Assembly (NCBI RefSeq): GCF_000172995.2
Contig: NC_014729.1
Span: 2,550,001-2,582,000 of the forward strand
DNA from: Halogeometricum borinquense DSM 11551
GTDB lineage: Archaea; Halobacteriota; Halobacteria; Halobacteriales; Haloferacaceae
Direction of reading: 5' to 3'
DNA length: 32,000 bases
Program-made: the position numbers and the translations under genes
Shown: positions 17,528 through 24,405 of the stretch, in pieces
Position numbering within the stretch: the stretch's first letter is position 1
Layout of the letters: the number at the start of each line of letters is the position of its first letter
The notes under the pieces: generated by a model
What the model was told of the DNA's origin: nothing
The model's database searches: none
What the model saw: the letters and a program-made list of their open reading frames with translations, nothing else

Positions 17528-17602
17528 TGGGCCCTGACGGATTCGAACCATCGACCACTCGGTTATGAGCCGAGCGCTCTAACCAGACTGAGCTAAGGGC
17601 CC
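17528..17602 (-). tRNA. tRNA with CAU anticodon (elongator Met or agmatidine-modified Ile2), no intron
   Basis: Minus-strand read: GGGCCCTTAGCTCAGTCTGGTTAGAGCGCTCGGCTCATAACCGAGTGGTCGATGGTTCGAATCCGTCAGGGCCCA. It folds as a 7-bp acceptor, GCTC/GAGC D stem, CTCGG/CCGAG anticodon stem with loop CTCATAA, and GATGG/CCGTC T stem. It is not initiator-like. Confidence 0.9.
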
Positions 17603-17708
17603 GAGTCGTTCACATCTTTCCGCGGGCACCTCTTTAGCGTTGTCGTTATCGACGACCGAATCAGCCGACGAAACAGTGGCTAGAGAGGGTAATTCGCTGA
17701 AAAAGTGA

Positions 17709-17781
17709 CGCCGTCGCCAGGACTCGAACCTGGGACCACCTCGTTAACAGCGAGGTGCTCTACCAACTGAGCTACGACGGC
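17709..17781 (-). tRNA. tRNA-Asn (GUU)
   Basis: Minus-strand read: GCCGTCGTAGCTCAGTTGGTAGAGCACCTCGCTGTTAACGAGGTGGTCCCAGGTTCGAGTCCTGGCGACGGCG. Full cloverleaf with anticodon loop CTGTTAA. Confidence 0.92.
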
Positions 17782-17928
17782 TCGGGGCGTGCGTCTGCAC
17801 TCTATCGTACACCGAGGAACTTTGATAGGGCTTTCGTTTTCAGCCGGCGGATGTGGGATGTCAGCGTGCGTTTTGAGGGGGCAACACCGACACGCTTTCG
17901 CCCGCCCGTAGGCAACCCTCACTCGACA

Positions 17929-19293
17929 ATGGCCGAGTCGGACTCCGAGGACCTGTCGCACGTCGTCGCGCGCGTCCGTGAGCGAATCGACCCGGACGAA
18001 GCCGAGCAAACGGCACTCCGCGAAACCGCTGCAACTCTCACTTCGCGTGTCGAGGACGAACTTGCAGCGCTGTCCGTCGATGCCGACGTGCTTCGTGTCG
18101 GTTCGACGGCTCGCGGAACGTGGCTCTCGGGCGACCGTGATATCGACTTGTTCATCCGGTTTCCGGACGATCTAGACCGCGAATCGCTGGAGCGCTACGG
18201 ACTGGCCATCGGCAACGCCGTCCTCCCGGAGGGACACGAAGAGTACGCCGAACATCCCTACGTCGTCGGCGAGTTCGACGGCTTCGACGTGGACTTAGTG
18301 CCGTGTTTTGACGTTGACGACGGCTCGTCTCTCCGCTCGGCCGTGGACCGAACCCCACACCACAACGAGTATCTCACGGCCCGATTGGACGATGAACTCG
18401 CCGCCGAAGTGCGCGTGTTCAAGCGGTTCCTGAAGGGAATCGGGGCGTACGGGAGTAACCTCAGAACGCAGGGATTCTCCGGCTACCTCACTGAATTGCT
18501 CGTCCTCGAATACGGTGGCTTCGAGTCGCTGATTTGTGCCGCCGCCGACTGGCACCCGCCGGTCGAACTCGATCCAGAAGACCACGGTTCGCGGTCGTTC
18601 GACGACCCACTCGTCGTTATCGACCCAACGGACCCGACGCGGAACGTCGCGGCCGTCTGCTCCGCCGAGAACGTCGCCCGCCTCCAGCACTACGCACGCG
18701 AACTGCTCGATGACCCACGTGTAGACCTGTTCTTCGGCGACGACCCGGAACCGCTCTCGGCCGAGGACGTGCAAGAGCACGTGCGACGGCGCGGGACGAC
18801 GCCGATGGCAGTCGTCTTCGACGCACCCGACGTGGTCGAAGATCAACTCTATCCACAGCTGTACAAGTCCATCGCGGGCATCGAGTCGGAACTCGACCGT
18901 CGCGGATTCGCCCCGATTCGATCCACGACGTTCGCCGCGGACCGCGCGGTGCTATTTGTCGAACTCGCGCATCGAACGCTCCCGAACGTGGCACGGCATG
19001 ATGGCCCACCGGTCCACGTCCGAAATCACGCCGAAGGGTTCTACGACGCATACGCGGATGGGGACACCTACGGGCCATTCTTGGACGGCGACCGCTACGC
19101 CGTCGAACGCGAACGCGAGTTCACCGACGCTGCCGAACTACTCAGGAGCGACACGCTGTTCACGGTCGGACTCGGTTCGCACGTCGAAGAACAACTGCAA
19201 GAGGAGTACGAGGTCCTCGTCGGCGACGAAGTCGGCGGGCTTGCCGAGACGTTCGGTGGCGAACTCGCGCAGTACTTCGACCCGAAACCGTAG
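17929..19293 (+). CDS. cca: CCA-adding enzyme (archaeal class I tRNA nucleotidyltransferase)
   Basis: Family-typical N-terminus and catalytic block LRVGSTARGTWLSGDRDIDLFIRFP, followed by AEHPYV, DLVPC and RTPHHNEYL. Start set at MAESDSEDL because the ORF-track extension (17755-17928) overlaps tRNA-Asn. Confidence 0.9.
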   Translation: MAESDSEDLSHVVARVRERIDPDEAEQTALRETAATLTSRVEDELAALSVDADVLRVGSTARGTWLSGDRDIDLFIRFPDDLDRESLERYGLAIGNAVLPEGHEEYAEHPYVVGEFDGFDVDLVPCFDVDDGSSLRSAVDRTPHHNEYLTARLDDELAAEVRVFKRFLKGIGAYGSNLRTQGFSGYLTELLVLEYGGFESLICAAADWHPPVELDPEDHGSRSFDDPLVVIDPTDPTRNVAAVCSAENVARLQHYARELLDDPRVDLFFGDDPEPLSAEDVQEHVRRRGTTPMAVVFDAPDVVEDQLYPQLYKSIAGIESELDRRGFAPIRSTTFAADRAVLFVELAHRTLPNVARHDGPPVHVRNHAEGFYDAYADGDTYGPFLDGDRYAVEREREFTDAAELLRSDTLFTVGLGSHVEEQLQEEYEVLVGDEVGGLAETFGGELAQYFDPKP

Positions 19294-19342
19294 CAGGCGG
19301 ATAGAACGAGCAGGCGGCACTCAGTGTCGGAAACGAGACTGT

Positions 19343-20359
19343 TCAGCCGTCGATGCCGTGAGCGTCCAAGACATCCTCAATGATCGCTTCTGTCTTCTCG
19401 TCGTGGTCTTCTTCGATTTCCATCGGCGTCCGGCCGTCGAACGTCTCGTGGACGATAGCGACGCCTTCCGAAAGCGTGTCGAGGCCGTAGCCGCCTTCGA
19501 GGACAAACGCAAGCCCAGCGTCTACGTCGTTAGCAATGGCCCGAACGCTGTCGGTCAGTTGCGCGTAGCCCTCTGTCGAGACGCGCATCCGCGAGATGGG
19601 GTCGTGTCGGTGCGCGTCGAACCCCGCGCTGATGATGATGAGATCCGGGTCGAACTGTTCGAGCGCCGGGCGAAGCACTTCGCTGATGACGAGTTCGTAG
19701 TCGGCGTCGCCCGCACCAGCCTCGAGTGGGACGTTTAGCGTCGTTCCCTCGCCATCCCCCTCACCGATTTCGTCTATCTCACCGGTACCAGGGTACAACC
19801 CCCCCTCGTGGAGTGATGCGTAGAACACGTCGCCCCGGTCGTAGAAGATATCCTGTGTGCCGTTACCGTGGTGGACGTCCCAGTCGAAGATAGCGACGCG
19901 TTCGGCGTCCAGTTCGTCGTCATCGATGACGGTCTGGGCCGCAACGGCGGCGTTGTTGATAAAACAGAAGCCCATCGCGTCGTTTTCGACGGCGTGATGA
20001 CCCGGCGGACGACCGAGCGAGAACGGGGTATCCCGTTCGTCCGCCCCCTCGACAGCCGCGCGTGCGGCCCACTGAGCGAGACCCGCCGAGACGAGGGCAG
20101 CGTCCCACGTATCCTCAGACGCGACGGTATCTGGATCCCAGTTCCCGCCGCCCTCCTCACAGAACGACCGAATTTCGTCCACGTAGCCTTCCTCATGGAC
20201 AGCGGCCACGGCGGCATCGTCTGCCGGGTCGGCTTCTACGTACTCCACGCCGTGTCGCTTCGCCAGTGCGCGACGAATGGCACGGAGACGGTCCGCCGTC
20301 TCGGGGTGCCGCTTACCGGTGTCGTGTGCGAGACAGGTCTCGCTGTATCCAAACTGCAT
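19343..20359 (-). CDS. hdaI: Zn-dependent histone deacetylase-family protein deacetylase (class II HDAC / AcuC-like)
   Basis: Signature blocks RPPGHHA, FDWDVHHGNGTQ and SAGFDAH...DP. The ATG directly abuts the TAG stop of the histone gene (TAGATG on the minus strand). Confidence 0.88.
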   Translation of the reverse strand: MQFGYSETCLAHDTGKRHPETADRLRAIRRALAKRHGVEYVEADPADDAAVAAVHEEGYVDEIRSFCEEGGGNWDPDTVASEDTWDAALVSAGLAQWAARAAVEGADERDTPFSLGRPPGHHAVENDAMGFCFINNAAVAAQTVIDDDELDAERVAIFDWDVHHGNGTQDIFYDRGDVFYASLHEGGLYPGTGEIDEIGEGDGEGTTLNVPLEAGAGDADYELVISEVLRPALEQFDPDLIIISAGFDAHRHDPISRMRVSTEGYAQLTDSVRAIANDVDAGLAFVLEGGYGLDTLSEGVAIVHETFDGRTPMEIEEDHDEKTEAIIEDVLDAHGIDG

Positions 20360-20791
20360 CTACTCGAAGAGGGCAAAGTACGTCTCGATGTCTTCTGCCT
20401 GGATTGTGCGTCTGTCTGCGTGTCGAGCGAGCTTCGCCGCGGCGTCTGCGACGTTGTCGGCGTAGTCTTCGAGGATGTCCGCCAGCGCGATACGCGCGTC
20501 CATCGAAACTCGGTACCGGTCGTCGATGCGGAGCCGAGCGATGCGATCTACGGGAGCAACAGGCAGTTCGAGTTCGGCCCGCGAAACGACCTGTTCGACG
20601 TCGAAATCCTCCGCCATCAACGTCTTCCGCCCGTCCTCGCGCGCTCGTTCCGCCGCGTCGATGGCGAGTTCCGAGCCGTGTCGCTGGATGCGACGGGCGA
20701 GTTCCTCCGCCGCGTCAGCACTGACTCGAAGAGACCCAGCGTTCCGGCGGATGATCGTGTCGACCGGAGCGAACGGTAGCTCGACACTCAT
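20360..20791 (-). CDS. hstA: Haloarchaeal histone with two fused histone folds
   Basis: Two tandem histone-fold repeats: LPFAPVDTIIRRNAG..VSADAAEELARRIQRHGSELAIDAAERAREDGRKTLMAEDF and LPVAPVDRIARLRIDDRYRVSMDARIALADILEDYADNVADAAAKLARHADRRTIQAEDI. Start set at MSVELPF (20791), downstream of an Arg-rich ORF-track extension. Confidence 0.85.
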   Translation of the reverse strand: MSVELPFAPVDTIIRRNAGSLRVSADAAEELARRIQRHGSELAIDAAERAREDGRKTLMAEDFDVEQVVSRAELELPVAPVDRIARLRIDDRYRVSMDARIALADILEDYADNVADAAAKLARHADRRTIQAEDIETYFALFE

Positions 20792-20816
20792 ACCCACATA
20801 TGCCGGGCGTGCCGCG

Positions 20817-20822
20817 TATAAT
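20817..20822 (-). promoter_or_regulatory. Candidate TATA element for a leaderless histone transcript
   Basis: The minus strand reads GGATTATACG, with ATTATA about 25 nt upstream of the ATG at 20791. Confidence 0.3.
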
Positions 20823-20919
20823 CCTTTCCGTAGCGTCTCTCGTCGCCTCTGCTTCCGCACACCGATGCGCCGGCTCACCGAACGGAGAGAAAAGCGGGTC
20901 TCGTGGAGCGATGAACGCC

Positions 20920-22380
20920 TTATCGAGTAACAGACTGAACGTCAGTCGCCTCGATTCGACCGTCTCGCACGGGTCCGCGGACGGTTACTTCCGCGCCGAG
21001 TTGAAGACTCTCGGATGTCTCGACGCTCCGCGTCTCGGTACCGTTATCCAAGACAACCGGATTGCCCGCTTGGACGACAGTGCCGGTAAACTCTTCAACC
21101 GAGCCATCCGCGGGATCATCTGCTTCGGACGCACTTCCCGAGGACTGTTCGGAGCCGGCCGCAGACGAATTCGAATCGGCCGACGCGCCGTCTTCGAACG
21201 CACCGAGACCTTGCGCTTGCGAGTCGGCACTGGTACCGGCGTCGGCGTCGGCGTCGGTTCCAGCGGCACCTGCCGGTGATTCGTCCATCACGGTGATTGT
21301 AGATCGCCATCCGGCGGAGGCTTCGAGGTCTTCCTGCCAGCCCTCTTTTATCTCCGCATCCGTGATGACGACGTAATCCGCGAGATCAACATCTGTATCG
21401 GCTTTCTCACCCCAGAGAGCGACGCGGATGTCGCCGGTGTCGTCTTTGACGCGGATATTTCGGACCTGTCCTTCGGAGCCGTCATCGCGGTCGAACGTCC
21501 GCTTGGGGTCCGTTTCGATAACACCGCCAGCGATATCGACCGTCTGTCCGAGTTCGAGCGACGCGATATCGGCCGTTTCGGGGACGTACTCCACGTTTTC
21601 GTCGATTTCTTCGAGCGTCCCGCGGTTACCGACGTGGAGTTCGAGACTCCCGTCGCGTTCGCGGACGTATCCATCGACCACTTCGACGGTGATGTCGGTA
21701 TCAAACTCCGCTGCCAAGTCGGCCTTGTCGTCCCACAGCGTCACCCGGATACGACCCGTTGAGTCGCCCAGCGTGAGGTTGGCAACACGACCCTCGGAGC
21801 CGTCATCGCGGTCGAAGGTGCGCACGCTGTCGGTGCTGAGGACACGACCTTTCAGGTTCACGTCCGAAAGGCCGAGCGAGAGGTCTTCGACACGATAGCT
21901 GTCCTGCGTCTGAACGTCTATCTCGGCATCCGCATCGGGTTCGACCTTGTTGACGCTCACCTCGACGCCGTTGTAGCCGTCTTTCGGCCGTCCGGCGATA
22001 CGGAGAACCTGTCCCACTTCGAGGTTCTCGGTCGCCTCCTCGGCCATGCCGTCCCACAGCGAGATGCGGATACGACCCGTCTCGTCGGCGACTTCGACGT
22101 TGACGACGCGTCCGTCTTCGTCCTCGTCGTCACGCTCGAACGTGCGGAGTTCACCGATGCTCATCACTTTGCCGAGGAACTTCACATCGTCCATCCCCGG
22201 TTCGATGTCGGCGATACCCTCGACTTCCTCGTCGCGGAGTTCGTGGGCGATCAGCATCGCCGCCGTCTCCTCGTCCGCCAGTCCGCCCATCTGTTCGACC
22301 TTGTCGTTTACCGCGGCCTCGAACTCCTCGAACGGAACGTCGGTGTCGAGGTCGTCGTATACGTCCTCGATGGCACCCAT
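20920..22380 (-). CDS. rpa2: Replication protein A (ssDNA-binding protein with multiple OB folds)
   Basis: Three clear internal OB repeats: LRTFERDDEDEDGRVVNVEVADETGRIRISLWD, VRTFDRDDGSEGRVANLTLGDSTGRIRVTLWD and KRTFDRDDGSEGQVRNIRVKDDTGDIRVALWG. A low-complexity acidic linker and a C-terminal OB-like module follow. The rpa2 symbol rests on my recollection of Haloferax volcanii synteny (rpa2 - histone - hdaI). Confidence 0.88.
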   Translation of the reverse strand: MGAIEDVYDDLDTDVPFEEFEAAVNDKVEQMGGLADEETAAMLIAHELRDEEVEGIADIEPGMDDVKFLGKVMSIGELRTFERDDEDEDGRVVNVEVADETGRIRISLWDGMAEEATENLEVGQVLRIAGRPKDGYNGVEVSVNKVEPDADAEIDVQTQDSYRVEDLSLGLSDVNLKGRVLSTDSVRTFDRDDGSEGRVANLTLGDSTGRIRVTLWDDKADLAAEFDTDITVEVVDGYVRERDGSLELHVGNRGTLEEIDENVEYVPETADIASLELGQTVDIAGGVIETDPKRTFDRDDGSEGQVRNIRVKDDTGDIRVALWGEKADTDVDLADYVVITDAEIKEGWQEDLEASAGWRSTITVMDESPAGAAGTDADADAGTSADSQAQGLGAFEDGASADSNSSAAGSEQSSGSASEADDPADGSVEEFTGTVVQAGNPVVLDNGTETRSVETSESLQLGAEVTVRGPVRDGRIEATDVQSVTR

Positions 22381-22679
22381 CTACGCGACACCTCCGTCGA
22401 AGGTTCGACAGCGCGCTTCGATCCCGAGAGAGATATCCGGGGTTCGAAACGGAGCGACCACAATCATATTCGGGTGCAAGGTAGGCCCGCGCTTAAGCGT
22501 TGTCTTGTCGGGAGTATCCGGCCGCTGGCTTCCGATTTCGGTGTCTCGGCGTTGCACGGAGACGGTGGCCTCGCCTTCCGATAAAAACGTTCGTTCCCGC
22601 CAGAAGAGCGGTGTTCCTGTTTCCTGAGGATTGCTGTTTCAGTGTGAGCGAATCCGGTGTGTGACGATAGCCGTCCGGA

Positions 22680-23177
22680 TCAGAGCGACTCGCTGAGAGC
22701 TTCGTTTTGTCCGTCCACGTCGTCTTCGACGAGCGTGACCGTTCCGGGGAGGGTGCCATCGAAAGTGACGGAGACCTCGTAGCCCAGTTCTTGGATGACC
22801 TGCGCACACATCGTTCCTTCCTCGCGGTCTTCCTCGGTCGCAACGACGACGCGCAGTTCGTCCGCATCGGCGTCGTACGTCGCCTCGTCGAGGACGGCGA
22901 TAGTACAGGCGTTCTTCCCCCGGACGCAACCACGACAGACGACCGTATCGTCGTCTACATTGAGAGCTGCCTCGGGACACGAATCGAGTGCCGAAAGTGA
23001 CGTGTCGTGAACGGCTGGCGTGCCGTCACCTGTATGTTCATCGGTACCATTCATGGTTTCTTCTTCGCCGGCCGTCGTGTTGGTTTCTTCGCCTCCCGGG
23101 CCTTCAGATCCGCCAATGCAGCCAGTGAATGGAAGGGCGAGCGTTGCGAGACCTGCGAGTGCCGTTCGGCGCTTCAT
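22680..23177 (-). CDS. Secreted lipoprotein, Cys-containing, function unknown
   Basis: MKRRTALAGLATLALPFTGC carries a twin-arginine-like motif plus lipobox. An acidic Thr/Glu linker and a small domain with 5 Cys follow. Confidence 0.6.
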   Translation of the reverse strand: MKRRTALAGLATLALPFTGCIGGSEGPGGEETNTTAGEEETMNGTDEHTGDGTPAVHDTSLSALDSCPEAALNVDDDTVVCRGCVRGKNACTIAVLDEATYDADADELRVVVATEEDREEGTMCAQVIQELGYEVSVTFDGTLPGTVTLVEDDVDGQNEALSESL

Positions 23178-23372
23178 ACATCAGGACACGGGACGGGAGT
23201 GAAAAATAATGACGTAGGCAAAAAGAACTCTTGTCGTCTCCCATCGAACGTACGCTCCGAGTACCTCACGGTCGTCCAAGCTGCCACCGGAAGCTGATGG
23301 TACGAGGTGGCACACCGCGAAGGCCTGCCGTATCGCAACCGCTTTCAATGGGTGCCGACTACAGAGAGATGA

Positions 23373-23445
23373 GTCCTGATAGGGTAGTGGACTATCCTCT
23401 TGGCTTGCGGAGCCAGGGACCGGAGTTCAAATCTCCGTCAGGACG
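23373..23445 (+). tRNA. tRNA-Arg (GCG), copy 1
   Basis: GTCCTGATAGGGTAGTGGACTATCCTCTTGGCTTGCGGAGCCAGGGACCGGAGTTCAAATCTCCGTCAGGACG. Acceptor GTCCTGA/TCAGGAC, anticodon stem TTGGC/GCCAG with loop TTGCGGA, T arm CGGAG-TTCAAAT-CTCCG. The D-arm register is slightly ambiguous by eye. Confidence 0.85.
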
Positions 23446-23461
23446 TTCACTTTGTTCACGA

Positions 23462-23508
23462 CCTGACTTGCCCCACGCTCGCGTCCACTCGTGTGGGACT
23501 CCGTCAGG
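23462..23508 (+). repeat. Acceptor-like minihelix hairpin, copy 1
   Basis: CCTGAC-ttgc-CCCACGC-tcgcgtccactc-GTGTGGG-actcc-GTCAGG. The inner stem has one G-U where other copies have G-C. It ends in ctccgtcaggacg, identical to the tRNA 3' end. Confidence 0.7.
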
Positions 23509-23532
23509 ACGTCATTCTACCGAACTGACCCC

Positions 23533-23556
23533 GCGAGAACCCTCTGTGGTTCTCGC
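23533..23556 (+). repeat. 9-bp hairpin gcgagaacc / ggttctcgc (repeated at 24103-24126)
   Basis: Perfect 9-bp stem with loop ctctgt (ttctgt in copy 2). The only change between copies is in the loop. Confidence 0.6.
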
Positions 23557-23584
23557 ACGCGGTGGTGAGGATATTGACTCTTAC

Positions 23585-23598
23585 ACGGAGATTTGAAC
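23585..23598 (-). repeat. Inverted 14-nt copy of the tRNA-Arg T-loop / 3' stem
   Basis: acggagatttgaac is the reverse complement of gttcaaatctccgt (23425-23438 and 23635-23648). Confidence 0.8.
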
Positions 23599-23632
23599 AG
23601 GGAGCGAAGTGAGCAACGCGAACGGAGTGACT

Positions 23633-23655
23633 GAGTTCAAATCTCCGTCAGGACG
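23633..23655 (+). repeat. Orphan direct copy of the last 23 nt of tRNA-Arg
   Basis: gagttcaaatctccgtcaggacg is identical to 23423-23445. No matching 5' half lies upstream. Confidence 0.85.
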
Positions 23656-23671
23656 CTCATTTCATTCGTGA

Positions 23672-23719
23672 CCTGACCTTGCCCCACGCTTGCGTCCGCT
23701 CGCGTGGGACTCTGGCAGA
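23672..23719 (+). repeat. Acceptor-like minihelix hairpin, copy 2 (outer stem degraded)
   Basis: cctgaccttgccccacgcttgcgtccgctcgcgtgggactctggcaga. The inner 7-bp stem is intact and the outer stem is mutated. Confidence 0.6.
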
Positions 23720-23942
23720 ACGCTTCTGCGAGGAAGTACACGACGAGCGAAGCGAGGAGTCTGTCCTCGAAGCAATTCCATCGGAGTCACGACCAGATCG
23801 GGTGCCCTGACTTGCCCACACTCACATGGATTTCAGGATGATTCTATGAGGAACGAGACGCTGAACGACGCCCACTGTTCCTGAATCCGGTTGCCTCCCA
23901 CATCGTAACGGTCTTAAGTGAATGCGCTGTATCGAAGAACGA

Positions 23943-24015
23943 GTCCTGATAGGGTAGTGGACTATCCTCTTGGCTTGCGGAGCCAGGGACCGGAGTTCAA
24001 ATCTCCGTCAGGACG
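23943..24015 (+). tRNA. tRNA-Arg (GCG), copy 2
   Basis: Identical to 23373-23445, offset by 570 bp. Confidence 0.85.
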
Positions 24016-24031
24016 TTCACTTTGTTCACGA

Positions 24032-24078
24032 CCTGACTTGCCCCACGCTCGCGTCCGCTCGCGTGGGACTCCGTCAGG
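24032..24078 (+). repeat. Acceptor-like minihelix hairpin, copy 3
   Basis: cctgacttgccccacgctcgcgtccgctcgcgtgggactccgtcagg. Both stems are perfect. Confidence 0.7.
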
Positions 24079-24154
24079 ACGACATTCTACCGAACTCACC
24101 CCGCGAGAACCTTCTGTGGTTCTCGCACGCGGTGGTGAGGATATTGACTCTTAC

Positions 24155-24168
24155 ACGGAGATTTGAAC
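24155..24168 (-). repeat. Inverted 14-nt copy of the tRNA-Arg T-loop / 3' stem (unit 2)
   Basis: acggagatttgaac, the same as 23585-23598. Confidence 0.8.
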
Positions 24169-24202
24169 AGGGAGCGAAGTGAGCAACGCGAACGGAGTGA
24201 CT

Positions 24203-24225
24203 GAGTTCAAATCTCCGTCAGGACG
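24203..24225 (+). repeat. Orphan direct copy of the last 23 nt of tRNA-Arg (unit 2)
   Basis: gagttcaaatctccgtcaggacg is identical to the tRNA 3' end. Confidence 0.85.
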
Positions 24226-24241
24226 CTCATTTCATTCGTGA

Positions 24242-24288
24242 CCTGACTTGCCCCACGCTCGCGTCCACTCGCGTGGGACTCCGTCAGG
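24242..24288 (+). repeat. Acceptor-like minihelix hairpin, copy 4
   Basis: cctgacttgccccacgctcgcgtccactcgcgtgggactccgtcagg. Both stems are perfect. Confidence 0.7.
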
Positions 24289-24405
24289 TCGTCATTCTAC
24301 GAAGTATTACACGACGGGTGAAGCGAGGAGTCTGTCCTCGCGGAAATTCCGTAAGTCACATCGTTAAGACGTGGTTAGTGATGCGCCGCGACGAGTAAGG
24401 GGCAA

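Larger units (their letters stand above)
23371..24359 (+). repeat. Tandem duplication: unit 1 is 23371-23940 (570 bp), truncated unit 2 is 23941-24359
   Basis: The two units align base for base, with only a handful of substitutions in the first ~300 nt. Divergence increases after about 24290. Confidence 0.9.

Noticed and set aside
17428-17534. A second, intron-containing or class II tRNA formed by the orphan 3' fragment and the 77-nt spacer
   Set aside because: The only possible 5' acceptor strand (GGGCCCA) is the 3' end of the real tRNA. The T-stem 5' strand (CGCGG versus CCGTC) does not pair properly. I could not draw an anticodon arm.
17755-17928. N-terminal 58-codon extension of the cca ORF
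   Set aside because: It overlaps tRNA-Asn on the opposite strand and is Arg-rich. The conserved CCA-enzyme sequence starts at the Met at 17929.
22381-22679. 299-bp spacer upstream of rpa, inspected for an ncRNA or small ORF
   Set aside because: It contains only weak short repeats (cttccgat twice) and Arg-rich ORF fragments. Nothing supportable by eye.
23231-24166. ORFs 23231-23596(+) and 23918-24166(+) with near-identical C-terminal halves
   Set aside because: They read straight through the tRNA-Arg genes and the hairpin repeats. Their similarity is simply the DNA duplication, so the open frames are fortuitous.
23371-24359. Possible CRISPR array (regularly recurring ctccgtcagga motif at 65/145-bp spacing)
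   Set aside because: The sequences between the recurring motifs are themselves conserved between copies, so they are not unique spacers. The repeats derive from the tRNA, and no cas genes are present.
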